NCBI RefSeq assembly: GCF_018977255.1
Contig: NW_024704742.1
Location: 138,696,001 to 138,760,000, forward strand
Length of the DNA stretch: 64,000 nucleotides
DNA from: Callorhinchus milii
Taxonomy: Eukaryota
Direction: 5' to 3'
Under the pieces are notes generated by a model. That model worked only from the letters and a program-made list of their open reading frames with translations. It had not been told where the DNA came from and did not search any database. Position 1 is the first letter of the stretch. Every line of letters begins with the position of its first letter. The position numbers and the translations under genes were made by a program. Positions 14,215 through 28,478 of the stretch are shown piece by piece.

Positions 14215-14280
14215 ATGAGGAAGGTGGCACATGCGGCAAACCTGGATAAGCTGGTTGAGAATTTTGCTGTACTGGAACAG
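14215..14280 (+). CDS. CCDC152: CCDC152 coding exon 1 (MRKVAHAANLDKLVENFAVLEQ)
   Basis: Resembles recalled vertebrate CCDC152 N-terminus (NLDKL..F..E); donor CAG|GTAAGA, phase 0. Confidence 0.88.
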
Positions 14281-15959
14281 GTAAGAAACAGAGGGAAACC
14301 AGGGATCCCAATGCCCTTCAGTGCATCTCAAGTTATAAATATGGAACTACTGTTTGAACATACGAACCTAAGAATTTACTCGGAAGAGAAGACCAAGGTC
14401 CATCCACATCACCTTCCATCATCCTGGCAGTTGCATGACATTCGTTTCCCAAACTATATATTATATCCCAAGATATTAGTTGAACCTGCTAATTATAAGC
14501 GTGACCTATTCCCGGATATTGGGCATTCTTTTGTGCTTTGTTTATAACACAGCTGCTGAGACATTAGACCCAGATAACCATGTTATAATGAGATAATGTA
14601 GTTTGTATTACACAGGCTGTTCATCAAATGTCAAATAGTATGCAGACTTGATCACTTATGGTCCCAGGAGTGGAATATCATTGCATGTGGGGGGCAGCCA
14701 GACACGTAGAAACCAATCACTTTTATTGGTCTATGCCTCAGTACTGGCTAACTATTGGAGAACTGTAAAGTCATGTAAATTGTACTGGTGAGCATTTAAA
14801 GAGTGTGTCAGGTGACATCACTCTGGAATTTTCTTTTATTTTGGATTTCAACATATGTGCATGAAATAAAATAAGTATTTTGTAAACAAGATAGCCTGTG
14901 TGTTTAAGACAAAATAAATGCATAGTCTGGTTTATTGTATGAAATTCTGTACATTGTCCTGTGCCTTGGGATGTCCTCCCGACGTGAAGAGCTCTATACA
15001 AATATAATCTTCTTGTTATTGTTGATTATTTTGTACAATATTGTACATTAGCTTGCTATAATGGAAGATTGTAAAAATAGTAATCATTGCATTTGAAACA
15101 TAGAATTACAGAAATTTATAGCATAGAGGAGGCCATTTACTACAACAACAACTTGGATTTATATAGCCCCCTCCACGCTGGACAGCACATTTAGTTCATC
15201 ATGGCTGTAAAATCCTTTCATTTTCCTGCCTTTTCCCATATCCTTGTAGCTGACTAATTTTAAAGGTATTTATCTAGTTTCCTTTTGAAAGCCAATATAG
15301 ATTCTGCTTCAACCTCCACTTCCAGCAGAGCATTCCTTATCCTAACTACTGTACTCTTTGGGTGAAAAATAAATCGCCTAGCCTCCTCATTTGCTTGTTT
15401 AGCACATTGGAATATCCTCCTGATATGAATAAATGTAATATAAGTTTGTACGGTATTGTTTACTAACTATCTTAAGTTGATTCCCTTTCGTCACTGACTC
15501 ACTGACCCAAGCAATGGAAATAATTTCTCACTATTGACTATAAATATTGAAAAAATATCTCTACTGGTAATATTTCCACTGAGCTCTTATATATACCAAT
15601 AATTGGGCTCTTATCTATAGCTCCAGTACACTTGCTTGGAGACATGCACTGTAATATGTCCACTGTAGTTTTGCCCACAAAATATTCAGTCAATTCACTT
15701 TACACTAGTGAATCTGTGAAGCCCTTTGAGACGACTCGAAGACTTGAAAAGCGCTCTATCAAATGCCAGGATTGTTATTATAAGGAAGGAAGGAACTCAC
15801 ATTTGTATAGCACTTCTCACATTGGAACGTCCCAAGGTACTAGACAGTCAGAGTTTTGGACTCGAGCTGTGGATTGGGATTGGGGAGGGTAGAGGGCAGG
15901 GGGGGAAGCAGGGTGATCAAAAGCATGGTCGAAGAGGAGGTTCTTGAAATATAACAAAT

Positions 15960-16498
15960 ATCTATCCACCTCAGTCTTGAATCTTGAGTGTTGTTTGACT
16001 CTCAACTGTCCTTTCTACCCTACATTCGTGCCATGGCCCACTCACTCTGCCTTTCCCCACCTCCGCAATATCGCCCGACTCTGCCACTGCCTCACCCCTC
16101 AGGCTGCCGAGACCCTCATTCACCATTCATCACATCGAGGCTCGATTACGCCAACTCCATGATTGTCGACCTTCCCAACTTTTCTCTCCATAAGCTGCAG
16201 CTCATCCAGAACTCTGCAGCTTGTGTCCTCTCCCACACCAAGCTCAATGATCCCATCAACCCCACCCTCGCCAGGCTCCGCTGACTCCCAATCCCACAGT
16301 GGATAGAGTTCAAAATCCTCATCCTATCCTTCAAGTCCCTCCACAGCCTTTCCCTTTCCTACCTCTGTGATCTATTAACCCTATATCAATCTATTCTCTC
16401 CCTTCGCTGAGCAGGAACTCCATGCCCACCTCCCGGCACACCCCACCATTGGTGGTCGGGCCTTCAGCCTCTCTGTCTCCACCCTTTGGAACTCCATC
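15960..16498 (+). mobile_element. L2 3' fragment interrupted by an LTR-like insertion (resumes 21247-21455)
   Basis: SRLDYANS, IQNSAA motifs; GGAACTCCATC|..|CATCCACAATCCC continuity across the insertion. Confidence 0.82.
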
Positions 16499-19400
16499 TG
16501 TAAGGGTTAATTCAAATTTGTGACCCCGCGGTGAAGTCAAGGTTGGCACAAATGTTGAACAAAAATATAGATGTTTATTAATTCAGATTAGTAATAGTTA
16601 TAAGGAATTAAAAGAATACATTTCAATAATGCTTAGGTGTCAACGCATAGTTCACAACGATTTAAGTTGACCTAACAAAATGCTGCGGAAGAGACAGAGT
16701 AGTAATGTCCAATTTAAGGTCCATTTTAATATGTCCTTCTTAATCCAAATATATATACACCCAAAGGTATCCAAGTATTGTTGTATGTTTCTAAATTCGA
16801 TCACCCAAAAGTATCCAGGTATTATTGTATGTTCAATTCGATCATTTGAAAGTATCCATGTATCATGGCACGTCCAATTCTGTTAATGGCACATCCAATT
16901 CAATCCCGTTCCTTTGATTAATTCTTCTGATTTTCTTCAAATCGATCTCCATATATACAGTTTGTTAGGTGACCTTCCACCTATTGTCTTTTGCAAGATG
17001 GTTCCTTTGTAAAAAAACACAATATATGAGAATACGTTGAGAATACTTGAACACGTTTTAAGTTGTGAAAAAGATGTTAGTATAGGATTTAGCGTAAGCT
17101 AGTAGCAATCAAAAAAGCAAGGAAACAAAGTGAAGGCTGTCTTTAAATGTTCATGTAATTTATGTGTTTAAAAAAGAGGACCATGATGGGTCTGACTTTG
17201 CTCTGGACGCAAAGTCTAGCCAGATCCCATCCATGTTCCATAAGTTTCGGATTAGTTTAAAGTACTGGACCATAGTAGATCTGACTTTGCTCTGGACGCG
17301 GAGTATAAGCCAGATCCTACCCACGTTCCATATGTACTGAATAATAGTAAGGTAAAAGATAAACAAAATGAGCAATAGTTAAAGAATATGAGGGTCTGCA
17401 TAGAATTACAGGTAAGACTAAATAATTTGAGACGTGATGCGAGCGTGAAATGACAGGGTAGAATGAACATTGATAGATGTAGGAGAGAAATTCCATAATT
17501 TTCCAATCAATAATGACAAATACATTCACATTTTAGTAGTTTTTAATTGTTATAAATGTTATAGTGTCAATTATCTTAATATTTCTTGATTTATTCTGAT
17601 TCATTTTGTGTATTCCAGTATTTAATCAAAGTGATGTTTATACAAATTATATATGGATACATGTATTGGTAATTTTATAGATGATATTTTGAAAGAAAAG
17701 AAGTGTGCCCATAAAACAAGGCAACACCCACTCAAGTAATATTTTATTTTTGTGGTAATACAATTTATGTATAACCTTGCTAATTTATTTTATTTATAGA
17801 TTTATTAATAATGGTTTATGGTAATTGTTGGATTATGTGTTGGATAAAAAAACTGATGTAAAAAAACTGATGTAAAACAGTTAAGAATCATAAAAATGTT
17901 AAAATAGGTTGGAGGTCGAATGCGGTGAGAGAGATGGAGGAGAATAGTACTGATTTTACATTAATTATGGAAATAAAACTGGGTTTATATTTGTAACCTT
18001 AACGCAGTTTAGGACGGACAGTAGGATTCTGCAATTAATGTGTTAAATAATATCTCAAATTATATTTTCGAAGTTTCTATACATTTGAAACATATAGAAT
18101 TATACAGCACAGAAGGAGGCCATTCGGCCCATCGTGTCTGTGCCAGCTCTTTGAAAAAAGCCAAATCCAAATCAATCCCACTTCCCCGCGCTCTCCCCAT
18201 AGCCCTGCAAACTTATCCTCTTCAAATAATTATCTACTTCTTTCTTAAAAATTGTTATTGAATCGGCTTCACAGAAGCGTACAGCACAAAAAGAGGCCAT
18301 TCGGCCCATTGAGTCTGTGCGGCTCTGTGAATAGAGCAATGTAATGTCAATCCCACTCCCCAGACCTTTCCCCATAACCTGCAAACCCGTCCTCCTCAAA
18401 TACCCGTCCACCGCGTTTTTAAAAGTAGTTATCAAATCGGCCTGAACCGCCCTTTCAGGCGATGCGTTCCAGATTCGAACAACTCGCTGCGTGAAGAAAT
18501 TTCTACTCACCTCCCCTCGGCTTCTTTTAGAGACTATTTTAAATCTGTGACCTCGAGTCACCGACACTCCCACCAGTGGGAACAGTTATTCCCTTTCTAA
18601 CCCATCAAATCCCCTCATGATTTTGAAGACCTCTATTAGGTCCTCGTAACCTTCTCTGCTCCAATGAGAATAATCCCGGCCTCTCTCGCCTTTCCTCATC
18701 ATCACGGTCCCTCATTCCTGGTCCCATCCTCGTAAATCTCCTCTGTACCCTTTCCAATGCCTTAACGTCCTTCCTACAGTGTGGGGCCCAGAACTGGGGC
18801 CGTATTCTAACTGAGGCCTAACCAGTGTTTATATGGGTTAATCATAACCTCCTGACTCTTGTACTCTATGCCCCTATTTATAAAGCCGAGTATCCCATAT
18901 GCCTTTTACAGCCTTATCTCCCTGTCCTGCCACCTCCAAGGATTCAGTTACCTGCCCCCCCAGGTCTCTCTGTTCCTTCACCCCCCCTTAAGATTGTATT
19001 ACCGCCTATATTGCGTCCCCTCATTCTTTTTACCAAAATGCATTATTTCGCATTTCCCCACATTGAAACTCATCTGCCATGTGTCGCCCATTTTACCATC
19101 TGTCTATGTCTTCCTGCAGTCGGCTCCTATCCTTCTCACTGTTTAGCCCCTCCCTAACTTTGTGCCGTTCGCAAACTTGGAAATGGTACTTGCTATACCC
19201 AAGTCCAGGTCATTTATGTATATTAAGAAGAGCAGTGGTCCTAATACCGATCCCTGGGGGACACCACTGTACACTTCCCTCCAGTCAGAAAAGCAGCCGT
19301 TCACCACAACTCTCTGCTTTCTGTCTCCCAGTGAGTTCTGGATCCGCTGCCACTGTCCCTTTTATACCGTGGACTTCTATCTTTCTTACAAGTCTTTCAT

Positions 19401-21246
19401 GTGGCACTTTGTCAAATGCCTTTTGAAAGTCCATATAAACTACATCAACTGCACTCCCTTTATCCCCTCTCCGTTACCTCATCGAAAAATTCTATTAGAT
19501 TTGCCTTTAACAAATCCATGTTGGCTGTCCCTAATTAACCCATATTCTTCTAAGTGAAGATTTATTCTGTCCCGGATTATAGTCTCCAGGAGTTTCCCCA
19601 CTACTGATGTCAGGCTGACTGGCCTGGAGTTCCCAGGTTTGTCCTTCTGTCCCTTTTTGTACAGAGGAGTAACATTGGCCACTCTCCAGTCCTCGGGCAC
19701 CACTCCTGTGTCCAACGAAGATTGAAAAATTGTAGCCAAAGCCTCCGCTATTTGTACCTGTGCCTCCCATAGTAACCTCGGCTGCATCCCGTCCGGACCG
19801 GGAGACTTATCACCTTCAGCGCAGTCAACCTTTTCAGTACTTCCTCTCTGTTTATACTTATCCTATCCATTTCCTCTGCCCTCTCCTCCGATACTGTGGA
19901 ATTTGGTGCATCCACTTCTTTTGTGAAGACCGATGCAAAATACTCATTCAGTACATCAGCTGTGCCCTCTGCCTCCACAATAAGATCTCCCCCTTGGTCC
20001 TTAATTGGCCCCACCCTACCTTTGACTAGTCTTTTTCTTGATATGTTTGTAAAATATTTTAGAATCCCCTTTAATGTTACCCGCTAACCTTTTCTCGTAT
20101 AATCTTTTTGCCGCTCTTATTTCCTTTTTCAAACTCTTCTGCACTTCCTATATTCTATTTGGTTGTCTTCTGTATCTTGGGTTTGACATTTGTCATACGC
20201 CTCCTTTTTCTGCTTTATTCTAGATACAATTACCTTCATCATCCAGGGAGGTTTGGAAGCCCTACTTTTCCCTGTTGTGGGAATGTATTTATTCTGTCCC
20301 CGAGCTATCTCATCCTTGAAGACTTCCCACTGCTCTTTCGTTGTTTTACCTGCCAATCTTTCTTTCCAGCCGTCTTGTCTAGGTCCCTCACTTAGCCTCT
20401 TCCAGTTGAGTATCTTCACCCTTGATTGCTCCTTGTCCCTTTCCATAAGAACTCTAAACCTAATGATGTTGTTTTATTCCTTATTACATTGCTATTCGTC
20501 TCTCCCAGCTTTCTGTGTAACTTATCTGTCCTCTCTGATGCTACATCCTGATTCCCTTCCCCCCTCGAAATTAGTTTAAACCTCCCTGTGAGGACATTGG
20601 TCCCAGTCCTGTTCAGGTGTAACCCATAATGAATCTCATATGAGGGGAGCGGGTTGTGACTATTTTAGATTCTTTCTCAAGGAGCGGAAACAAAAGACTG
20701 TTTATAAACAATAAACTTTTCAGTCCTTATCAGTAATTTTTTCATGGAAATTTGGTCTGTAACTATAAGAGAGAAGAAAGAATTGAAGGAAACGATTAAA
20801 GAAGAAACATTAAAATGGACATTGGAGATTGCTACCCTGTCTCTTCCGCAGCATTTGGTTAGGTCAACTTAAATCGTTGTAAACTATGCATCGATATGTA
20901 AGTATTATTGTAATGTATTAATTTAATTACTTATAACTATTACTAATCTGAATGAATAAACATCTATATTTTTGTACAACATTTGTGTCAGTCCTTAGTT
21001 CTCTACAGGATCACAAATTTAAATTAACCTTTACAAAAGGGTTAAAAGGGAAAATGACTGATAAGGAATGAATACAGTTTGTTGTTTATAATCAGTCTTG
21101 CTTATCCTCCGTGAGAAAGGATCTTCTTCGAAGCTAATCACAATCAGGTCCCCTCCATATGAGATTGATCATATGTTTCAAATACAAACAAATATCGCAA
21201 ATATAATTTGAGATATAATTTAACACATTAATTACAGAATCCCACA
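16499..21246 (-). mobile_element. LTR-like composite with 4-bp TSD CATC, carrying nested insertions
   Basis: Ends are reverse-complement matches to the ends of the 8621-9361 element; CATC at 16495-16498 and 21247-21250. Confidence 0.75.
18095..20625 (-). mobile_element. CR1 LINE fragments (ORF2 RT, decayed)
   Basis: [51 protein letters not shown]; splits a + LTR-like copy (18021-18094 / ~20630-21035). Confidence 0.9.
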
Positions 21247-24200
21247 CATCCACAATCCCTTTGCCTCGCTCCCTCCCTTGCCTCCTTCAACGCACGTCTC
21301 AAGACCCTCCTCCTTGACCGTGCCTTCGGCCACCCTTCTATCCATCCAGCCCTACACCATTCTTGATTCCCCCCCCCACCCCCCACCTGACTATCCAGCG
21401 CCTTGGGATGTCTACCCGATGTGAAAGGAGCTTATACAATGCAATTTTGTATTGTATTGAGTCACTGTCTTCCTCTGTAAAGCCACAGTTTCTGCATTTG
21501 TCAGCTGGGTTTGTGCTCCTTGAGTTCTCTGCCTGCAAGTCTATATCTTTTCTGTATCTCAACTATTGCAATAGCCTGCTTGTCAGGTACATCAAGTTCC
21601 TGGAGTTTGTGTATTGTTAGTTTCTCTGATTGCACTCTCTCTTTTAGAGTTTTTTGAAAATGTATCCAGCAGGTTAGATAGGGGGGAACCAGTAGATGTA
21701 GTATATTTAGATTTTAAAAAGGCATTTGACAAAGTGCCACACAAAAGGCTATTGCACAAGGTTCAGGCCCATGGGATTAATGGGAAAAAGGAATACACAT
21801 TAGGATTAGTCACATTAGTTCTGTTGAGTCCTGTAGTATATTCGTTAGAGCACTTGCCTCGCAAGCGATTCCTTCTCAACATGCCTCCGTTTACCTAGCA
21901 GTAAATAGGAACCCGGTTATTAGTCGATTGGCAGATTGATTTTCCGGAGTTATCATCCCTTCCAAAAAAATCTGAATAATAATAATAATTTGGTCACTCA
22001 ATCCATGACTGTTTGTGAGAAACTGCTGTACGCAATTGGATGCCATGTTTTGCCCACAAAATATACAGTCAATTCACAAAGTGCTTTGAGATATCTCCAA
22101 GATGTGATAAGGCACTATTTCAAATGCAAGGATTATTATTATTTTCCTGCTTGTCTACTAGGTGACCGCTTTAAACTCTGATGTTGGATTGTTTGGTGTC
22201 CTCTACTTTTGTAATATATATTGGCATGGAATATTACATACTCCATGGATGGGATAGAACTTGCCAAAGTGGGAGGATGACCAAAGGCCCAGTCGAAGGG
22301 GAAGGTCTTGAGAGGTGGGAGAGGGGGTGGGGCACTCTCAGTAGTAGCATTGCTGGGCCTACACCAGATGGCCCTTGTTCAACTAGATGTCAGGGTGGCT
22401 TGATTGGAAGCATTTAATCTAATCAGTGTTTTCTCAATGTGCTTTGGAGTCCCATAACGTAAAGGATAGCTCTCTCGCCTCGCAAGCGAGAGGATCTGGG
22501 TTTGATTCCCAGGCAGGGCGAATGTTGGGCAAGTTTTAATAATAAAATTAAATAATAGTAATAAATGAGTTTCTCCCGGTGTCATGGCCAATGATCCCCT
22601 AGATAAAATTGATTGAGTCTTGGTACAAGCCTTGAAGGAGGCAAGGGAGTGAGCAAGGTGAAGGACCTGTGGGATGGAGTTCCAAAAGGTGGGGGCAGAG
22701 AGGCTGAAGGCCTGGCCGCTGATGGTGGGGCAGGCAAGGTGGGGGAAGTGGAGCAGTTTGTATGGACACATTTAATTAGCAATATACAAAACATTCTGAT
22801 TGATTTGGTACCTCTTAGTGGTTAGAGCGCTCACCTCGCAAGGGAGAGAACCTTTATGTGATTCCCAAACAGGGCAAAACCTTAGGCAAGTTTTGTTACT
22901 CCACACACGTCTCCTACCTAACAGCAGATAGGAAACTGGTTGTTAGTCGATTGGCAGATCGCTTTTCAACAACAACAAGATTCCATTTATAGAGCGCCTT
23001 TCACGTCGGGAGGTAGTAATCCCTTTAAAAAATATATATTAAAAAAAAAGTGGTCACTCAATACATGAGTGCTTGTGGGACACTGCTGCCTTGTTTTGTC
23101 CACAAAATAAGCATCAATTCATTTTACAGTATATTTTACAGTATAGCATGGATGTATTCAAGGAAAAGCTAGCTAGGTATGTGCGGGAGAAAGGAATAGA
23201 AGGTTATGCTTGAAGCTTAGTTGAGGAAGTGCAGGAGAAGGCTCATGTGAAGCATAAACACCGGCAAAGAATGGGTGAGCCAAATGGCCTGTTTCTGTGC
23301 TGTATTCTGATGTATATTCTATGAAGCGGTTTGAGACGTCTTGAATACATGATAAGGTGCTATATCTAATGCAAGGATTTTTATTATTATCATGAGGTTC
23401 TTTGTATTTCATTCTTGACAAAGTAAATCTTTTGTAGATTCGTTTGGCTGAGCAAGCCAACAATTCTTTCTCATATATGATTACAGTCTGTGGGTAACTA
23501 TCTGCGGCAAATGTATTTTATTTTTGTCGGACATTTGGTTTTAAGTAGTTTGGAAGTAGATTATTTAGCTTGTGGAACTTTATTTACTTTAGCATATATT
23601 GAGAAATACTTTCTTAGAGCAACAGTACTCTAGCTGTCAGGTTTTGCTACCACCAGAGATTTGGCACTGAAAAAACACAATTTGAATGCATTAATAATAA
23701 TAATCCTCACATTTGATCAAAGAATCATAGAATTATACAACACAGAAGGAGGTCATTCGTGTGTCTTTTAAAAGAGCTATCCAAATCAAGTCCACTCCCC
23801 CGCTCTCTCCCCATAAAACCTGCAAACTGCCCCAAATAATTATCTGCTTCTCTCTTTAAAGTTGTGATCGAATCGGCTTCCACCACCCTTTCAGGCATTG
23901 CATTCCAGATCCCAACAACTCGCTGTGTGAAAATATTTCTTCTCACCCCCCACCTCTGTTTCTTTTAACAACTGTTTTAAATCGGTGTCCTCGGGTTACC
24001 GACCCATCCGTTAGTGGAAATAGTTTCTTCATGTTCACCCTATCGAATCAACCCCATAATTTTGAAAACTTCTATTAAGTCTCCTCTGAACCATCTGCTC
24101 CAAGGAGAATAATCCCAGTTTCTCTAGCTTCTCCTGTTAACTGAAGGCCCTCATTCCTGGTACCATCCTGGTAAATCTCCTTTGCACCTTTGATCTAGTG

Positions 24201-24631
24201 CCTTATCACATTGTTGAGACGTATCAAAGCGCTTCACAGGATATACTGTAAAATGTAGTTACTGTATAGTGGGGAAAACGCAGCAGCTAATCATTCACAG
24301 TGATCCCCCAATCAATTAACAACTGGGTTTCTACTTACCACTAGGTAAATAGAGGCGTGTGGAGTAAGGATACTTGCTCAACGTTTCACCTGTTCGGGAG
24401 TCAAAGCCAGGTCTTCTCGCTTATGGGGCGAGTGCTCTAACAACTACCCTACAGGAATCCAATTTAGCTACCAGAGTTTTGATCCTTTTTTTTCCCCATC
24501 ACAATATATGCCAGCTCACAGTTTATATCAGAAAATTTAGACACAAAAAAGAACCTTTTATAGGTTTGATTGCAGTAAGCTCTTGATACTTACCCCAATG
24601 CTTTGACAACCTTTTTCTTTACACTTCTCAG

Positions 24632-24737
24632 AAAATAGCTAAAACTCAGGGGTGGACCAATCTATTGGACATTCAGCTGGAGGAAACAAAACGCCTGCTG
24701 AAACTAGCACAAACTAAGGAAAGCTGTATGAAGGAAG
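24632..24737 (+). CDS. CCDC152: CCDC152 coding exon 2 (KIAKTQGWTNLLDIQLEETKRLLKLAQTKESCMKE)
   Basis: Pyrimidine tract + CAG acceptor, AAG|GTAAG donor, LDIQLE motif, 106 nt keeps frame. Confidence 0.92.
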
Positions 24738-25289
24738 GTAAGAAGAAGTTTACAATACAAGTAGTATTTGGTATATTAAAAGCGTTATTTGAATTGTGAC
24801 TTGAAGAAAGATTTTAAATAGATAATAATAGTTTAGTCACTCAATCCATGACTGTTTGTGGGGACACTGCTGTGCACAATTGACTGCTGCTATTTGCCCA
24901 CAAAATATACAGTCAATTCACTTTACAGTATATTCTATGAAGCGCTTTGAGCATCTCAAAGACATGATAAGGCGCGAAATGGGGAAAGGGTAGTTAAATA
25001 GAACTGAAAGGATTGTTCTTGAGGGAGTTGGATCTGATAGGATAGACAGAAGGGCATTCATCTGTGCTGTAAATTTCTATCGTTCTAGAGTAGAATATTT
25101 TGTGAATTGAATGCAAGATACACTGGCGAGACAATATGACCCATAAATCTGGATTTTCTGCACAAACAGAAAAAAAATTACTTGTGCTATGAAACCTCAT
25201 GTTTGGCAGAGTTAAAGAAATGTTGGATATTTCACATACTGTAGCAGTGACTGTTGTGCAAAATAAATAACTTTTATTGGATTAGGCTA

Positions 25290-26445
25290 ACACAACAATA
25301 ACAACAACAGTAAAATTATATTTGTTTAGTGTCTTTCACGTCGGGAAGACGTACCAAGGCGCTGGACAGACAGAGTTTCGGACCCAAGCAGGGGGTCGGG
25401 ATTGGCAAGGGGGAGGGGAAGCAGGGAGATCGAAAGCATGGTCAAAGAGGAGGGTCTTGAGATGGGTCTTGAAGGAGGCAAGGGAGGGGGCAAGGTGGAG
25501 GGACTGTGGGATGGAGTTCCAGAGGGTGAGGGAAGAGTGTTAGAAGGCCCACCCATCAATAGTGAGGCGAGCGAGTCGGGTGATGTGAAGCAGGCTGGAG
25601 CTCGCTGAGCAGAGGGACCGAGCAGGATGGTAAGGGGTTAGGCGGTGGCAGAGGTCAGGGGGAGCAAGACCATGGAGGGCTTTGAAGGTGAGGACCAGGA
25701 TCTTGAACTATATACTCTTGTGTGATGGGAAGCCATGGCCATGATGGGGATGATAGGGTTACGGAGCCTGGTGCAGGAGAAGACATGGGCTGCGGAGTTC
25801 TGGATGATCTGCAGCCTGTGGAGGGAGGAGTTGGGAGGCCAACATGCAAGAAGTTTGCATAATTGAGTCTCGATGTAATTAAAGCGTGTATGAGGTTCTC
25901 GGGGGCTGCGGTGTGAGACAGTGGCGGAGCCGGGTGATGTTGCAGAGGTGGGGAAGGCAGAGTGGAACATGGCCCAGATGTGGGGTAGAAAGGATAGTTG
26001 AGGGTCAAACCAGACCCCAAGGTTCGGGACTGGCGCAGTGAGGGGGAGTGAGCCCCAGGGATGGTGATGCTGTCAGGGCCTGAGGTGTGGAGGCGCTGAC
26101 GGGAGCCAATCAGGAGCCTCGGTCTCGTTGACGTTCAACTGTAGAAAGTTTGCTCTCATCCAGGACTTGACGTCTGACAGACATTCTGTCAGGACAGCAG
26201 TGGGTCCTGGAGTCAAGGGGGGGGGCAGAGAGGGAGAGTTGGGGGTCATCCACATACATGTGGGAGTTGACCCCGTGTCTGTGGATGATATCACCAAGAG
26301 GGAGCATATAGATTGAAGAGGAGGGGACCAAGGACAGAGCTCTTGAGGAACACCGCACGAGACGGTGCGGGGATTGGAGGAGAAACCATTTGTGGAGATG
26401 AAGTGGAGGGGGTGTGAGAGGTACGATCTGAACCAGTCAAACACA
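25290..26445 (-). mobile_element. L2 LINE 3' fragment
   Basis: WFRSYLS, GVPQ, SRLNYAN motifs and (TTG)n tail. Confidence 0.88.
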
Positions 26446-26614
26446 TGTTGCTCTTAGTACCTGTACAGATATTACTCTGTTTTCTGGGTCTGTTGCTTTT
26501 AAAAAAATTTTGCTGCTTGGTGCTACCTTCTGAGTTTTCTCCTGAAATTTCTCATGGTTTCAGCCTTAAGACAAAGATTCAATGTGGTGTCTTGTAGTTT
26601 AGTGATTAGTGATT

Positions 26615-27155
26615 TAGTGATTATCACTCCCACCCTCGCTCGTCTCCACTGGCTCCCCATCCCCCAGAGGATTGATTTCAAGATCCTCATCCTCACCTAC
26701 AAGGCCATTCACGGCCTTGCTCCCCCTACCTCTCCAACCTACTATCCCCCTACCTACCTGCCCGTACCCTCCGTTCCTCTGGCTCCGGTCTGCTCCACGT
26801 CCCCCGCCCCAATCGCCCTACCATTGGTGGTCGGGCCTTCAGCCTCTCAGCCCCGAGGCTCTGGAACTCTATCCTCCAGTGCCTTCGCCGCTTCCTCCCT
26901 CTCCTCCTTCAAGGCCGGTCTCAAAACCTTTCTCTTTGACCGTGCCTTCAGCTCCCCTCTCGACTCTCTTCCCCCTTCTCGCCCCCTCCCTTCCCTCCCC
27001 TCACCCTGACCATTTCCCCCCTCCTCGCTCCCTCCCCTCCCCTCACCCTGACCATTTCCCCCCTGCTCGGGTCATGACCCAACTGTGCAGCGCCTTGGGA
27101 CATCCTCCTGACGTGAAAGGCGCTTTATAAATGGAATCTTGTTGTTGTTCTTGTT
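26615..27155 (+). mobile_element. L2 3' end, CpG-intact subfamily with two 46-bp 3'-UTR units
   Basis: LHWLPIPQRIDFKIL..LKTFLF; tail nearly identical to the 56650-57300 copy. Confidence 0.88.
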
Positions 27156-28148
27156 GTAGAGCACCCGCCTCGCAAGTGAGAGGACCCGGGTTTGATTCCC
27201 AGGCAGAGCAAAATGTTAGGGAAGTTTCCTTACTCCACATAACTCTTTACCTAGCAATAAATAGGAACCTGGTTGTTCATCAATTGGTGGATCGCTTTTC
27301 CATGGGTAATAATCCCTTAAAAAAAATGTAGTCACTGTCAAATCCTGTGAAGTTCTTTGAGTTGTCTCAACAACAAGGTTCAATATCAAATACCAGGATT
27401 AATATTATCTTTAGGCATTTTTAATTAAACTTTTATATTTGAAAATGTAAAATTGGTGAGATTATTAATATTTTTCACCTCTTAAGGCTGAATCAGTGAA
27501 ACATAACCCAATTTGAGATTACCTGTTTCAAGCCAGTCTGTACTTAAACCCAAGGAGCTGATATTCCAAGCGGAAAAATAGAGATTAGACTTTTAAGAGG
27601 AATTCTTACAATTAGGAATGGTTCATACTGGTCAGTATCACACCTTCCATCATCAGCCTACTATCATCTTGAGAGTGATTACACGAACAAAAAATAAATT
27701 ACTTTTAAATGTACAGGTTGCAGTCACATGGAAGCTGCAGTTTCTGCTTTGAATCCGTTTGTCCAGGTCTGGGACTGATGATGCAGGCTTAGCTGTGAAA
27801 AGCAAGTTGGAATGCATGTAACATCATCTTAATGATAAACAATAATAATCCTGGTATTTGATATAACGTCTTATCACGTCTTAGAGAAACCCGGTAGCCA
27901 ATTGCGCACAGCAGTGTACAACAAACAGTTGTGGATTGAGTTACTATTACCCCCGGAAAAGTGATCCGCCAATCGACTAATAACCAGGTTCCTACTTACT
28001 ACTCGGTAACCAGAGGCGTGTGGAGTAAGGAAACTTGCCTAACGTTTTGCCCTGCCTGGGAATCAAACCCAGGTCCTCTTGCTTGCGAAGCGAGTGCTCT
28101 AACCAACACACTACAGAACTCTACAATCTGCAGGAGATTGACCGAGTG

Positions 28149-28478
28149 AATAATAATAATAATAATAATAATAATCCTTGCATTTGATATAGCGCTTTTC
28201 ACGTCGGGAGGACGTCCCAAAGCGCTTCACAGAACACACTGTAAAGTGAATTGACTGTATATTTGTGGGCGAACACGGCAGCCAATTGCGCACAGCAATG
28301 TCCCACAAACAGTCGTAGATTGAAAATGACCGATTTAATTATTGTTTTTTTTTTTTGGAGGGATTATTATTAGGCGTGTGGAGTAAGGAAACTTGCCCAA
28401 GGTTTCGCCCTGTCTGGAATTGAACTCAGGTCTCTCACTTGCAAAGCGAGTGCTCTAACCACTGAGCTACAGGACTCC
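28149..28478 (-). mobile_element. tRNA-derived SINE, short young subfamily, full length
   Basis: GGAGTCCTGTAGCTCAGTGGTTAGAGC head, GTTCAATTCC B box, (ATT)n tail; near-identical bodies at 5118-5342, 10905-11120, 33788-34140, 41963-42280. Confidence 0.9.
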
